From NCBI GenBank assembly GCA_029856045.1, contig JAHQWG010000030.1:1-29919 (forward strand): 29,919 bases of DNA, written 5' to 3'. Within the stretch, counting starts at the first letter, position 1, and every line of letters starts with the position of its first letter. The DNA is from Promethearchaeia archaeon. Lineage in GTDB: Archaea > Asgardarchaeota > Lokiarchaeia > Sigyniarchaeales > SOKP01. Made by a program: the position numbers and the translations under genes. The notes below the pieces were generated by a model, which was given only the letters and a program-made list of their open reading frames with translations, did not search any database and had not been told where the DNA came from. Shown piece by piece: positions 19,986 through 28,629 of the stretch.

Positions 19986-20771
19986 ATGTTAAAAAATAAA
20001 GCCGATTTTGGTCGCTTTATTGAATTTAAAGTAAAAAATCGCATTGGAATTATAACATTAAATAAAATTGAGCGTTCAAATGCTTTTGATGTAGAACAAT
20101 TAGAGAATTATAAGAAAGCACTCCTTTATTGCCAAAATAATAAGCGTATTCGAGCAATTATTTTGACAGCCAATGGAAAAAATTTTTCTACTGGAATTGA
20201 TGTCGCCAGTGTAAGCGGTAAGGACATTTCAGTTGCAAAAAAACTTGAAAAATTATTGGCTGAAGTTGTTCACATTCTTTTAAATGGGAAACCAGTTATT
20301 GTAGCAATTAACGGTAGGGCGTTAGGTGGAGGTCTTGAAATACCTCTTTTTTGCGATTATAGAGTTGCAGTTAATGAAGGTTATTACCAAATGCCGGAGA
20401 TTCTTATAAATGTCTTTCCCGGAACAGGCTGCATAACTCAGATGGTTCGCACGATAGGTCCATTATTGACAAAAAAGGTATTAATGTGGGGTGAAAAGAT
20501 TACACCAGAACAAGCATTGAATATAGGTTTGATAGATAAGCTGGTAGAAACTAAGGAGAAATTAATGGAAGTTGCTATGGAAAAAGCTAAATTTTTAGTT
20601 TCAAGAAATCAAGCAGTAATTAATGGTATAAGGCTGTGTGCCAATCATGTTTGGGAAAAATCCTATGATGAAGGTTATAAAATGGAGAATTATTGCAGCA
20701 ACTGGTTTGAAATTGGAAAAGAAGGCTTTATACTAAAATTCAAAAAAGAGTTTAATTTAGAAGAAAAATAA
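19986..20771 (+). CDS. Enoyl-CoA hydratase/isomerase (crotonase family), intact copy A
   Basis: ITLN...NA, FSTGID oxyanion segment, KPVIVAINGRALGGGLE, CDYR, MPE..INVFPGTG (both catalytic Glu present). Confidence 0.93.
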   Translation: MLKNKADFGRFIEFKVKNRIGIITLNKIERSNAFDVEQLENYKKALLYCQNNKRIRAIILTANGKNFSTGIDVASVSGKDISVAKKLEKLLAEVVHILLNGKPVIVAINGRALGGGLEIPLFCDYRVAVNEGYYQMPEILINVFPGTGCITQMVRTIGPLLTKKVLMWGEKITPEQALNIGLIDKLVETKEKLMEVAMEKAKFLVSRNQAVINGIRLCANHVWEKSYDEGYKMENYCSNWFEIGKEGFILKFKKEFNLEEK

Positions 20772-20821
20772 AAAAAATGAATTAAATTAGTTAAATTTAT
20801 TAATTTTTTAAGTAAAATGAA

Positions 20822-21550
20822 TTAATTTTCTTTTAACAATAAGTTTTTCAATGATTTTGGCAAAAAAAAGCCAAAATAAAACGTGAATGAGCTAATCACC
20901 AACAAACCTCTATATAATAACATTGTTAGAATATCCAATTCTAAGAAAAAATCTAAAGAAGCTCCTATTATAAATAAAATAAAACCAATTAGTATGAATT
21001 TTGCTTTTAATCTGATTGCATGATTATCTAATTTGAATGATTTCCATGCAAAAATCGTACTTGTTATTATTAACAAGCATATCACTTCAATATAAAATAA
21101 AAAGATAAGTAATTTATATTTAGCGTCTATAATTCCAACTATATCTAATAACATTGAAGGTTCGGTGAAGAGATAATAAAGAAAAAAAGCTTCGAAAAAA
21201 ATGATTTGAATTACTAATATTATTATAAGAGGTTTCTGTAGTTTTTTTTTATCCATAAGGTCAGTAAAAGCAATCATCCATAATGTTATCGATACAGGAC
21301 CTAAACTTAATGCTACTAAGAAAAATAATTCTATGGATAGACCTTGATTCGTGATAAGTAATAGAATAAATGAAATAGATGGAGCCCACCAGCCTTCATA
21401 CATCAATATCCATGCAATACCAACCAATAATAAAACTCTTTCTTTATTCTGAAAATACTTTAAAACTAGTTTTGAACCAGTGATAATAGATACTGCTGAA
21501 ATAATTAAGCAAGTTAATCCATTAGTAATTAATAGTATATCTAATTCCAT
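20822..21550 (-). CDS. Stand-alone integral membrane protein with about 7 TM helices, function unknown
   Basis: About seven hydrophobic helices with short loops and no soluble domain; ends GFFLPKSLK. Confidence 0.7.
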   Translation of the reverse strand: MELDILLITNGLTCLIISAVSIITGSKLVLKYFQNKERVLLLVGIAWILMYEGWWAPSISFILLLITNQGLSIELFFLVALSLGPVSITLWMIAFTDLMDKKKLQKPLIIILVIQIIFFEAFFLYYLFTEPSMLLDIVGIIDAKYKLLIFLFYIEVICLLIITSTIFAWKSFKLDNHAIRLKAKFILIGFILFIIGASLDFFLELDILTMLLYRGLLVISSFTFYFGFFLPKSLKNLLLKEN

Positions 21551-21886
21551 ATCTTCGGTTTGTTATATGAATCAAAATTAATATAAATATAATCTAGAGA
21601 CATTTAAAGATATCGGAATTGAAATTTCAATACAAAAATCAAAAACTTCATGTTATTTATTTATATTTCTTTTAACCCAAATCCTCATCTTAAATTAACT
21701 TATTATATTGAATACAATTTAAATTTAATGAAATCATCTTGTATGACCGCCCTTTTTAATTAAATCGATGAATCTTCATACTTAATATCCTTTATAAATG
21801 TTATTAAAGTTAAATTTGTAATTAATGTAATTAAAAAAAAGAATTGTCTTGTTTTGCTAGATATGAGTTTTCATAACAGAATTGTA

Positions 21887-22603
21887 TTATTCAAGAGCTT
21901 GAAAAAACTTTCGGAATTCCTTTAATTCAGAATCATACTCTATTATTTGTAACAAGGGAAAAAAAGTATTTAAAACCAGATATGGTCTAATAACTTCTTT
22001 ACTTTCAAGATTTTCTTGATGGATGATATCTTCTAATTCTTTCTTAAATTTCGTGATTCGTTCTTCGTAGAATTCGCGCCCTTTTTCAGAAAGAAACCAG
22101 AAATCATAATTTATTAGGGTTTTAAAATGCTTATCTTGAAAATCTTTAAAAATCTTTGGTTTAAATTTCATACTCTTGCTGATTAACCCTTCATAATACA
22201 AGATTGCTTGCTCAAAAAGAATTTTAATAATCTTGAAAAAAAGCATGTCATTTAACATTACATCATTAAGAACTTCTCTATCTTTACTTGATTTAGATAA
22301 TGTGATTTTATCTGTCTCTAAATATAATTTTTCAAGAAAATTTGGAGATAGTTCATAAACTTTAGCATCAATAGAACCACGTGCTTCTTTCCTAGTAGAT
22401 TTTATTAAGCCTAGATTATCTAGTATCCCCATGTGATGGGTTATTGTAGATTTAGCTCTCCCTAATAACTGACTTAACTTGGTCAAGCTTACCTTCTTAA
22501 ATATTAAAAGTGATAAGATTATCCTAAGTCGAGTGAGGCTTTCCATTAATCTTAAAACTTCGATTCTTAGTTTTAAATTCTTTTTTGAATAATTTTGATC
22601 CAT
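21887..22603 (-). CDS. ArsR-like winged-helix transcriptional regulator with a C-terminal extension
   Basis: TRLRIILSL....SLTKLSQLLGRAKSTITHHMGILDNLGLI....KVYEL; divergent from the GRE gene. Confidence 0.85.
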   Translation of the reverse strand: MDQNYSKKNLKLRIEVLRLMESLTRLRIILSLLIFKKVSLTKLSQLLGRAKSTITHHMGILDNLGLIKSTRKEARGSIDAKVYELSPNFLEKLYLETDKITLSKSSKDREVLNDVMLNDMLFFKIIKILFEQAILYYEGLISKSMKFKPKIFKDFQDKHFKTLINYDFWFLSEKGREFYEERITKFKKELEDIIHQENLESKEVIRPYLVLNTFFPLLQIIEYDSELKEFRKFFQALE

Positions 22604-22844
22604 TGTTCTTTAAAAACTAAATTTCTTATGAGTTCAGTATTAAAAACATAATGATTTTATGTTTTTATTTAGTTTTATTTATGATTTTTATACTTTATTA
22701 TAAATTAAGATTTCTCCTAATAATAAACTATTCAATTTATAAAAATAAATTCGAAAATCTTTAATTAATTTCTTATAAAAATGATTTTCTTTAGAATAGT
22801 TTCATTTGTTATATAAAATCTTACCATATTTTAGACTATGTATT

Positions 22845-22873
22845 TGTTCAATTTTTAGGTTCATATTTGAACA
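22845..22873. promoter_or_regulatory. Candidate operator upstream of the GRE gene
   Basis: GTTCA-tatt-TGAAC at 22859-22872, plus an upstream TGTTCAA half-site that pairs with TTGAACA. Confidence 0.35.
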
Positions 22874-22952
22874 TTAGAATCCTTTTTAAATGATTACAAC
22901 ATTTAAATAGAATTAATGATTATTTATCATTATTTATTGTAAAATTAAAGAA

Positions 22953-25466
22953 GTGAATAATGTGAGTGATTTTAAGGAAAATTTAAGATCTAATGGGAAA
23001 GAAATAAGATTTCCGGTTGCACAGGCTCATGATTTGCTACCTCGATCAAAGTGGCTTCGCGATTATTATTTTTCAGGTCATGAAAGAAAATGGAATAATC
23101 TTGCTATGTTTTTTACTACTGGTGTTGACTGGGATGTTATTTTATATGAGGGTGAGTTTTATCCAGCACCAGAAGTTTTAGATATGATTGGGATCAAGGG
23201 TAAAGGAGTGTATTATTCTGGAGAATCAATGGCCATAACAGTAAAATTACCAGACAATTTTTGGGAGCTATCATTGCCCGAACGTAGAGCAATTTTCTTT
23301 GAAACTGTTATATTAGATTACGTTCCAAAAGAAATTATTTCAGAAAATGATTTGATCGCAGGTGGACGTTTCAACACATGGCTTAGTCGATGTTTAGATA
23401 AAAAGCAAGTAAAACCATATTGGAAACAAGCTTTCAAAAATCGAAAGATTATAAGAGAATTTCATAATAACGGTTTTGGAAATTTTGGAGCAACAGGAGG
23501 GCATATTATTTGTGATCATGAAACTGTCGTGAAAAAGGGATTTAAATATATTTATGAAAACATAAAGGAGCATTATGAAAAATTAACCAAGAATGAGAAA
23601 AAAGGACCAAAAGGTAATCAATTAAGAGCAATGATGCGTTCAGCAGAAATTCCAAGAAAACTTGCTAAGAAATATGCTGATAAATGTCGTAAATTGAAAG
23701 AAACTGCTTCTACATCTGAAAGAGCTAAAGAACTCGAGCAAATGGCAAAAAATCTCGAACGTGTCCCTTGGGAACCAGCAGAAACATTTTGGCAAGGAGT
23801 CCAAGCAATTTGGTTAACTCATATGCTTATAATGGCTGAGGAATCATTTCCAGGAGCAGGAACTTCGTTTGGACGTTCTGATCAGCATCTTTGGCACTTG
23901 TACAAAAAAGACGTATTGGACGAAAAGAACATAACAAAAGACTTTGCTAAGGAAATTTTAGGTAGTTTCTGGTTCCATTGCCATACTGCATATGATGCAT
24001 TTATGATATTAGGTGGAAAACATGGGGTTAATTCTTCTTTTGGTCAATTGATTACACTTTCTGGATGTGGTCCCAATGGTGAGGATCTCACGAATGAATT
24101 AACTTATACAATTTTAGAAGTCGTTGATGAATGGTATCCCAGTCTGGAGCCAAAACCTAATGTGAGACTCCACAGAAATTCACCAAAACGGTTATTAGAT
24201 GTTATAGTCGATATGATTGCTCGAGCTCAAGGGAGTCCTTTCTTGTTAAATTTTGATGAAAGAAGTATCGCTGGAATGGTGTTAGAAGGTATTCCTGAAG
24301 ATGAAGCTTGGGATTATGGTGTCGTCGGTTGCTTGGAAAATACGATGCAAGGAAATGATCGTTCCGGTACTGTAAATTGTAATCCGGACTTGGCGAAGAG
24401 TATTGAATTAACGTTATGGAATGGAAAAAACATGCCAAATGATGATCCAAAGAAATCTAAAAAACAATTTGGTCCGAAAACAGGAGATCCAGAGAAGTTT
24501 GAGACATGGGAAGAATTCTGGGATGCATGGGTTAATCAAATTCAATTTATAATTAAACATACCGCTGAAAATTATAATCATTTAGAGCAGTTGAGATCAG
24601 AATTTTTACCCACTCCTTATGTATCCACAATTATAAGGGGATGTGCTGAAAAAGCGTTAGATGTGCGTAGTGGAGGCCCAGAATTAAGATTTATCACAAT
24701 TGAAGGCGTAGGATATGCTACAACTGTAGATTCATTATTAGCAATTAAAAAGTTTGTGTATGATGATAAAAAGTATACCATAGCGCAAATTAAAGAAGCG
24801 TTATTAAATGATTATAAAGGAAATAAAGACCAATCAATAATGCAAACAATGCTTCAAATGAAAGCCCCTAAATATGGTAATGATGATGATGAAATTGATG
24901 AGATCGGAAGAAAAATAATGGAAACTTGGTGTAATGAATGTTGGAAATACAAAACCCCTAATGATTTCCAATTTAGACCAGGAATGTTATCTTGGAATTA
25001 TTGGGCAGGTCCAGATGCTTTAAAATGCGTTGCTACTCCCAATGGAAGAAATTCTGGAACCTTTTTATCAAATGCAATTTGTCCATCTACAAGTGCAGCA
25101 AATAGTGGTCCTACTGCGGTGACTAATTCTGTTGGTAAGGTGATAGGAGGAAAAACCGAAGATAACAAGTATGTGAATTATTTACCTAATGGGACGAGTC
25201 ATACAATTACTTTCAACCCAAGTGTATTTTTTAGAGATAAAGAACACAAGGAGAAATTCAAAGCATACCTACGTGGATATATTGAAAATGGGGGAACATC
25301 ATTGCAAATTAACATGGTAAGTACTGATATGCTTCGAGATGCTCAAAAAAAACCCGAAGATTATAAAGAGTTATTGGTTAGGGTTACTGGATACAATGCT
25401 TATTTTGTTACCATTGGAAAAGAATTACAAGAAGAAATAATATCAAGAGATATGCATGCAATTTAA
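22953..25466 (+). CDS. Glycyl radical enzyme (PFL superfamily; non-PFL, CxE type), substrate unknown
   Basis: Gly loop LLVRVTGYNAYF; Cys loop VGCLEN (single Cys followed by Glu, not the PFL CC pair); SFGRSDQ, PKYGNDD, ATPNGR. GTG start at 22953 or 22962. Confidence 0.95.
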   Translation: MNNVSDFKENLRSNGKEIRFPVAQAHDLLPRSKWLRDYYFSGHERKWNNLAMFFTTGVDWDVILYEGEFYPAPEVLDMIGIKGKGVYYSGESMAITVKLPDNFWELSLPERRAIFFETVILDYVPKEIISENDLIAGGRFNTWLSRCLDKKQVKPYWKQAFKNRKIIREFHNNGFGNFGATGGHIICDHETVVKKGFKYIYENIKEHYEKLTKNEKKGPKGNQLRAMMRSAEIPRKLAKKYADKCRKLKETASTSERAKELEQMAKNLERVPWEPAETFWQGVQAIWLTHMLIMAEESFPGAGTSFGRSDQHLWHLYKKDVLDEKNITKDFAKEILGSFWFHCHTAYDAFMILGGKHGVNSSFGQLITLSGCGPNGEDLTNELTYTILEVVDEWYPSLEPKPNVRLHRNSPKRLLDVIVDMIARAQGSPFLLNFDERSIAGMVLEGIPEDEAWDYGVVGCLENTMQGNDRSGTVNCNPDLAKSIELTLWNGKNMPNDDPKKSKKQFGPKTGDPEKFETWEEFWDAWVNQIQFIIKHTAENYNHLEQLRSEFLPTPYVSTIIRGCAEKALDVRSGGPELRFITIEGVGYATTVDSLLAIKKFVYDDKKYTIAQIKEALLNDYKGNKDQSIMQTMLQMKAPKYGNDDDEIDEIGRKIMETWCNECWKYKTPNDFQFRPGMLSWNYWAGPDALKCVATPNGRNSGTFLSNAICPSTSAANSGPTAVTNSVGKVIGGKTEDNKYVNYLPNGTSHTITFNPSVFFRDKEHKEKFKAYLRGYIENGGTSLQINMVSTDMLRDAQKKPEDYKELLVRVTGYNAYFVTIGKELQEEIISRDMHAI

Positions 25467-26376
25467 AGAGATGAAAAAAATGTCAACAAAAAAATTTACT
25501 GAGGTATGGAAAAAAGAATTAAGTAAAGAAGCATGTGATTTTACTCAAAATTTGACGATGATAAAATTGGTATCCACTATTGATGATAAAGGATGGCCAC
25601 ACATTACTTTTATTTCAAATAATAAAGCAAAGTCTCCCAATCAAATCGTATGGGGAGAATTTATGCATGGAAAATCAAAAAGATATATCCAAGATAATCC
25701 TAAACATGGATATTTTTATATGTCTGGAGAGAAACCTTTAAGGATGTTGCAAATCAAAGCTAACTTTTCACACATCCTAAAGGCAGGAGAAGATCTCGAT
25801 GAATTTAATAATTCATCTACGATGCGATATAACAATACCGTGAATGTTTGGAGAGCATTCTATGGTAATGTCGTTTCAGTTTCACCATTTCAAAAGATAT
25901 CAATTGGTAAACTCATAAAAGGGATAATTTTCAGTATGTGGGCAAAAGGGGCTGCAAAATCGGGAATGACTGAAGAACGCCTTGATCAATTTGGTAAAGG
26001 GATCTTCACTGGAGCAATGAACCCAAAATTTTTGGCATTTATAGACCCAGATGATGGCTATCCAATAGTTTTACCTTGCTTCCAAGCAATTGCTGCTGAT
26101 TATACACGTTTAGTCTTTCCACCTACGATGTTTAAGGAACAATTAGCATACATCCCTGAAAATAGTAAAGTTGCAGTATATGGACTAAATTCAGAATTTA
26201 TCGCACAAACGGTAAAAGGTACATTTCTTGGATACAAGAAATATCGAGGAGTTACCTTGGGTTCGGTTAATATTGAAGAAGTTTATAATGCTGGACCACC
26301 TTTACCTGGCGTTATTTATCCAGAAATTGAAGTACTCCCAGAAGTTACAGATTTTGAAATGCCTATAATAAAATAA
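25456..26376 (+). CDS. Tandem split-beta-barrel (pyridoxamine 5'-phosphate oxidase-like) protein
   Basis: Two related segments, KLVSTIDDKGWPHITF...KSKRYIQDNPK and KFLAFIDPDDGYPIVLP...IPENSKVAV, resemble the PNPOx-like LAT.D.DG.P / K..N...NP.V pattern. The start may be 25471 or 25480. Confidence 0.7.
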   Translation: MQFKEMKKMSTKKFTEVWKKELSKEACDFTQNLTMIKLVSTIDDKGWPHITFISNNKAKSPNQIVWGEFMHGKSKRYIQDNPKHGYFYMSGEKPLRMLQIKANFSHILKAGEDLDEFNNSSTMRYNNTVNVWRAFYGNVVSVSPFQKISIGKLIKGIIFSMWAKGAAKSGMTEERLDQFGKGIFTGAMNPKFLAFIDPDDGYPIVLPCFQAIAADYTRLVFPPTMFKEQLAYIPENSKVAVYGLNSEFIAQTVKGTFLGYKKYRGVTLGSVNIEEVYNAGPPLPGVIYPEIEVLPEVTDFEMPIIK

Positions 26377-26459
26377 TTATTATCTCATTTTTTTTTAATT
26401 TTGTAATAAAATTACTTATAGATTAAATTTAATTTTGAATATTTATGTCCACTTTTTAG

Positions 26460-27425
26460 ATGGTGGTTTTGAAGGTGACAGAAGTACATAAAGGATTAAT
26501 TTTTGAGATTTTAAAAATGTCAACTGAGGATGGACCGGGACTTCGGACTACGGTCTTTTTCAAACAATGTCCTCTAAGATGTATATGGTGCCATAACCCA
26601 GAATCTATCTTAAAAAAGCGTCAATTAGAATGGTTTGAGCATAAATGTATTGGATGTAAAATTTGTATCGAAACCTGTCCTAATGGGGCTCTATTATTAA
26701 ATGAGAATGGAATGCATATTGATAGAGATAAATGCCAGAGTTGTGGGAAATGCGTAGAAGAATGTCCAAGTACTGCCCTCCATATGTGGGGTGAATGGTG
26801 GAGTCCCAACGATCTTTTCTATGAAATTCAAAAAGATAAAATTTATTACTCTGAATCGAATGGAGGTATAACTGTTTCTGGGGGAGAACCCACCCTTCAA
26901 GCAAATTTTATTATTGAATTCTTAAAGAAATGCAAAGAAAATGGTATTTCAACAGCTTTAGACACATGTGGCATAGCAAATAGAAATGTCTATGAAAAAA
27001 TTTTGCCATTTACAGATTTAATTCTTTTAGACATTAAAGAAAGTGATAGTAAAAAACATCTTGAATTTACAGGTGTTCAAAACGAAGTCATCTTAAATAA
27101 TGCTATTTGGATGGCACAATATGTAGAAAAAAATGAAAAAAAACTTTGGATTAGAACTCCAATCATTCCAAATTATACTGCAACAGAGGACAATATACTT
27201 GGAATTGGACAATTTATTGTTAACAAATTGAAAAATATTCCTAGTAGGTGGGATTTATTAAGCTTTAATAATTTATGCAAATCTAAATATGAGCGATTAG
27301 ATTTGGATTGGCCATTAAAAAATGAGCCCCTAATGAAAAAAAGAGATGTGGAAGATTTATTTAACCTTGCCAAAAGTACTGGTGTAAAAAATGTTCATTG
27401 GTCAGGGTTAGCAAGAAAAGATTAA
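26460..27425 (+). CDS. Glycyl-radical enzyme activating enzyme (radical SAM) with a 2x[4Fe-4S] ferredoxin insert
   Basis: EDGPGLRTTVFFKQCPLRCIWCHNPE; CIGCKICIETCP and CQSCGKCVEECP; GITVSGGEP; LDTCG; RTPIIP. Confidence 0.95.
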   Translation: MVVLKVTEVHKGLIFEILKMSTEDGPGLRTTVFFKQCPLRCIWCHNPESILKKRQLEWFEHKCIGCKICIETCPNGALLLNENGMHIDRDKCQSCGKCVEECPSTALHMWGEWWSPNDLFYEIQKDKIYYSESNGGITVSGGEPTLQANFIIEFLKKCKENGISTALDTCGIANRNVYEKILPFTDLILLDIKESDSKKHLEFTGVQNEVILNNAIWMAQYVEKNEKKLWIRTPIIPNYTATEDNILGIGQFIVNKLKNIPSRWDLLSFNNLCKSKYERLDLDWPLKNEPLMKKRDVEDLFNLAKSTGVKNVHWSGLARKD

Positions 27426-27452
27426 ATGAATTTTTAATTAAATTATGAAATA

Positions 27453-28007
27453 TTGTTTATGCCTAAAAATAAGAAGAAACTTTTTAAAAAAATAGTTGAA
27501 ATTGAATATCAAATGTTTGAAAATGTTAGAACAAACCAACGATCTTTATGTCAAGATAATCCTGGGGCATTTAAGTTAATGAGGGAAATGAATCACAATG
27601 TATTATCTTATGAAACGCTTAAATCTTACCTCAACGATTTAAAAGATGCAAACTCAAAAGATAGGAATCTTATGACTGAAAAATATGCCCGAATGGGCAA
27701 TTTAATTCCGCCAATTAAAGATAATCCCTTGATCCAAGAAATTGTGTCTATAGAATTGGAGTGGATGAATAATTTATCGAAACAATATCCCTTAAGTATA
27801 ATTCATAAACCAAATTATTTTTCGAAATATCTTTCATGTGAATTAGAAACTTATTCTGATAAATCAATTGAATTATATTTCAACGATGTTCAAACTGCGA
27901 AGAAAAATGGAGTGAGTTTGGCAAAAGATAAATTCGAATATCTCGCTAAAAAATTGGGATATTCTTCTTTAAAGGAATTAGAATCTAAAAGAAAATTAGA
28001 TTTTTAG
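27453..28007 (+). CDS. DUF4125-like protein
   Basis: IVEIEYQMF..V....CQD.P..F..MR.....LKSY..DL..A....RNLMTEKYARM and YL.CEL.TYS pattern, recognised from memory. The start is probably ATG 27459. Confidence 0.75.
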   Translation: MFMPKNKKKLFKKIVEIEYQMFENVRTNQRSLCQDNPGAFKLMREMNHNVLSYETLKSYLNDLKDANSKDRNLMTEKYARMGNLIPPIKDNPLIQEIVSIELEWMNNLSKQYPLSIIHKPNYFSKYLSCELETYSDKSIELYFNDVQTAKKNGVSLAKDKFEYLAKKLGYSSLKELESKRKLDF

Positions 28008-28160
28008 GGTAAATAGTAATATACTTTTTATTTATCAAATAACTTATTCGCTTACTTTTAAAAAACAAATGAAGTCTATTTTTTTTATAAGGTATAACAA
28101 TAGAGTGTATTTTTAAATCAATAAATAAACCTTATTTTTAAAAAAATTATAAATCTTATT

Positions 28161-28217
28161 CCGATTAAAATCGTGATTATCTCAATCCTAAAAATGTTGG
28201 ATTTCGCGAGTAATCGG
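28161..28217. other. Bulged stem-loop / imperfect inverted repeat
   Basis: Nested arms CCGATTA/TAATCGG, TCGTGA/TCGCGA and AATCC/GGATT. Confidence 0.55.
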
Positions 28218-28241
28218 GCAAAGAATTTGAAAACCGTCATT

Positions 28242-28412
28242 TTATTGTCATTTGATAACTTATATGCCTTAAAATATGAACGTTTAGACATAGACTGGCC
28301 CTTAAAAGACAAGGGTTTAATGACTAAAGAAGAAGTCGAAAATTTATTCGAGATCGCAAGGTCAACTGGGGTTAAGAATGTACAATGGTCGGGACTTACT
28401 AAAAAAGAATAG
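28242..28412 (+). pseudogene. 3' fragment (56 aa) of a second GRE activase allele
   Basis: LLSFDNLYALKYERLDIDWPLKDKGLMTKEEVENLFEIARSTGVKNVQWSGLTKKE* vs 27255..27425: 37/56 aa identical, ungapped, same stop position. Confidence 0.93.
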
Positions 28413-28429
28413 ATGAGCTTTTTATTTTA

Positions 28430-28629
28430 CACTAATTTTTCACAACAAGTCCTCGTTTTCTCTAATAGCGGATAATATCTCGTTAAAAACCTCGTGATAT
28501 ACCTTGCTGCCAAAAAATTTCTTAAACCAACACAACGAGCTAACAATCTTTTCCAGATTTTCTTGGATACAGCAATTAAAGAAGCTTATTAACAGTAGTT
28601 CTATCGCTTCTTGTTGTGAAAAATTAGTA
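28430..28629. mobile_element. 200-bp MITE with 19-bp perfect terminal inverted repeats, flanked by TA (IS630/Tc1-mariner-like)
   Basis: ACTAATTTTTCACAACAAG (28431-28449) and CTTGTTGTGAAAAATTAGT (28610-28628); TA at 28428-28429 and 28630-28631; no transposase inside. Confidence 0.85.

Noticed and set aside
22953-25466. Calling the GRE pflB, cutC, hypD or hpdB
   Set aside because: It lacks the PFL Cys-Cys pair. GCLE alone is not diagnostic, and no HpdC-like small Fe-S subunit or pathway partner genes are present.
24202-27373. Minus-strand short ORFs inside the GRE and activase genes
   Set aside because: Antisense shadows.
28118-28412. ORF-track calls 28173..28412 (+) and 28118..28312 (-) as real genes
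   Set aside because: The plus ORF is an activase 3' relic fused to non-homologous upstream sequence and lacks the radical-SAM motif; the minus ORF is its antisense.
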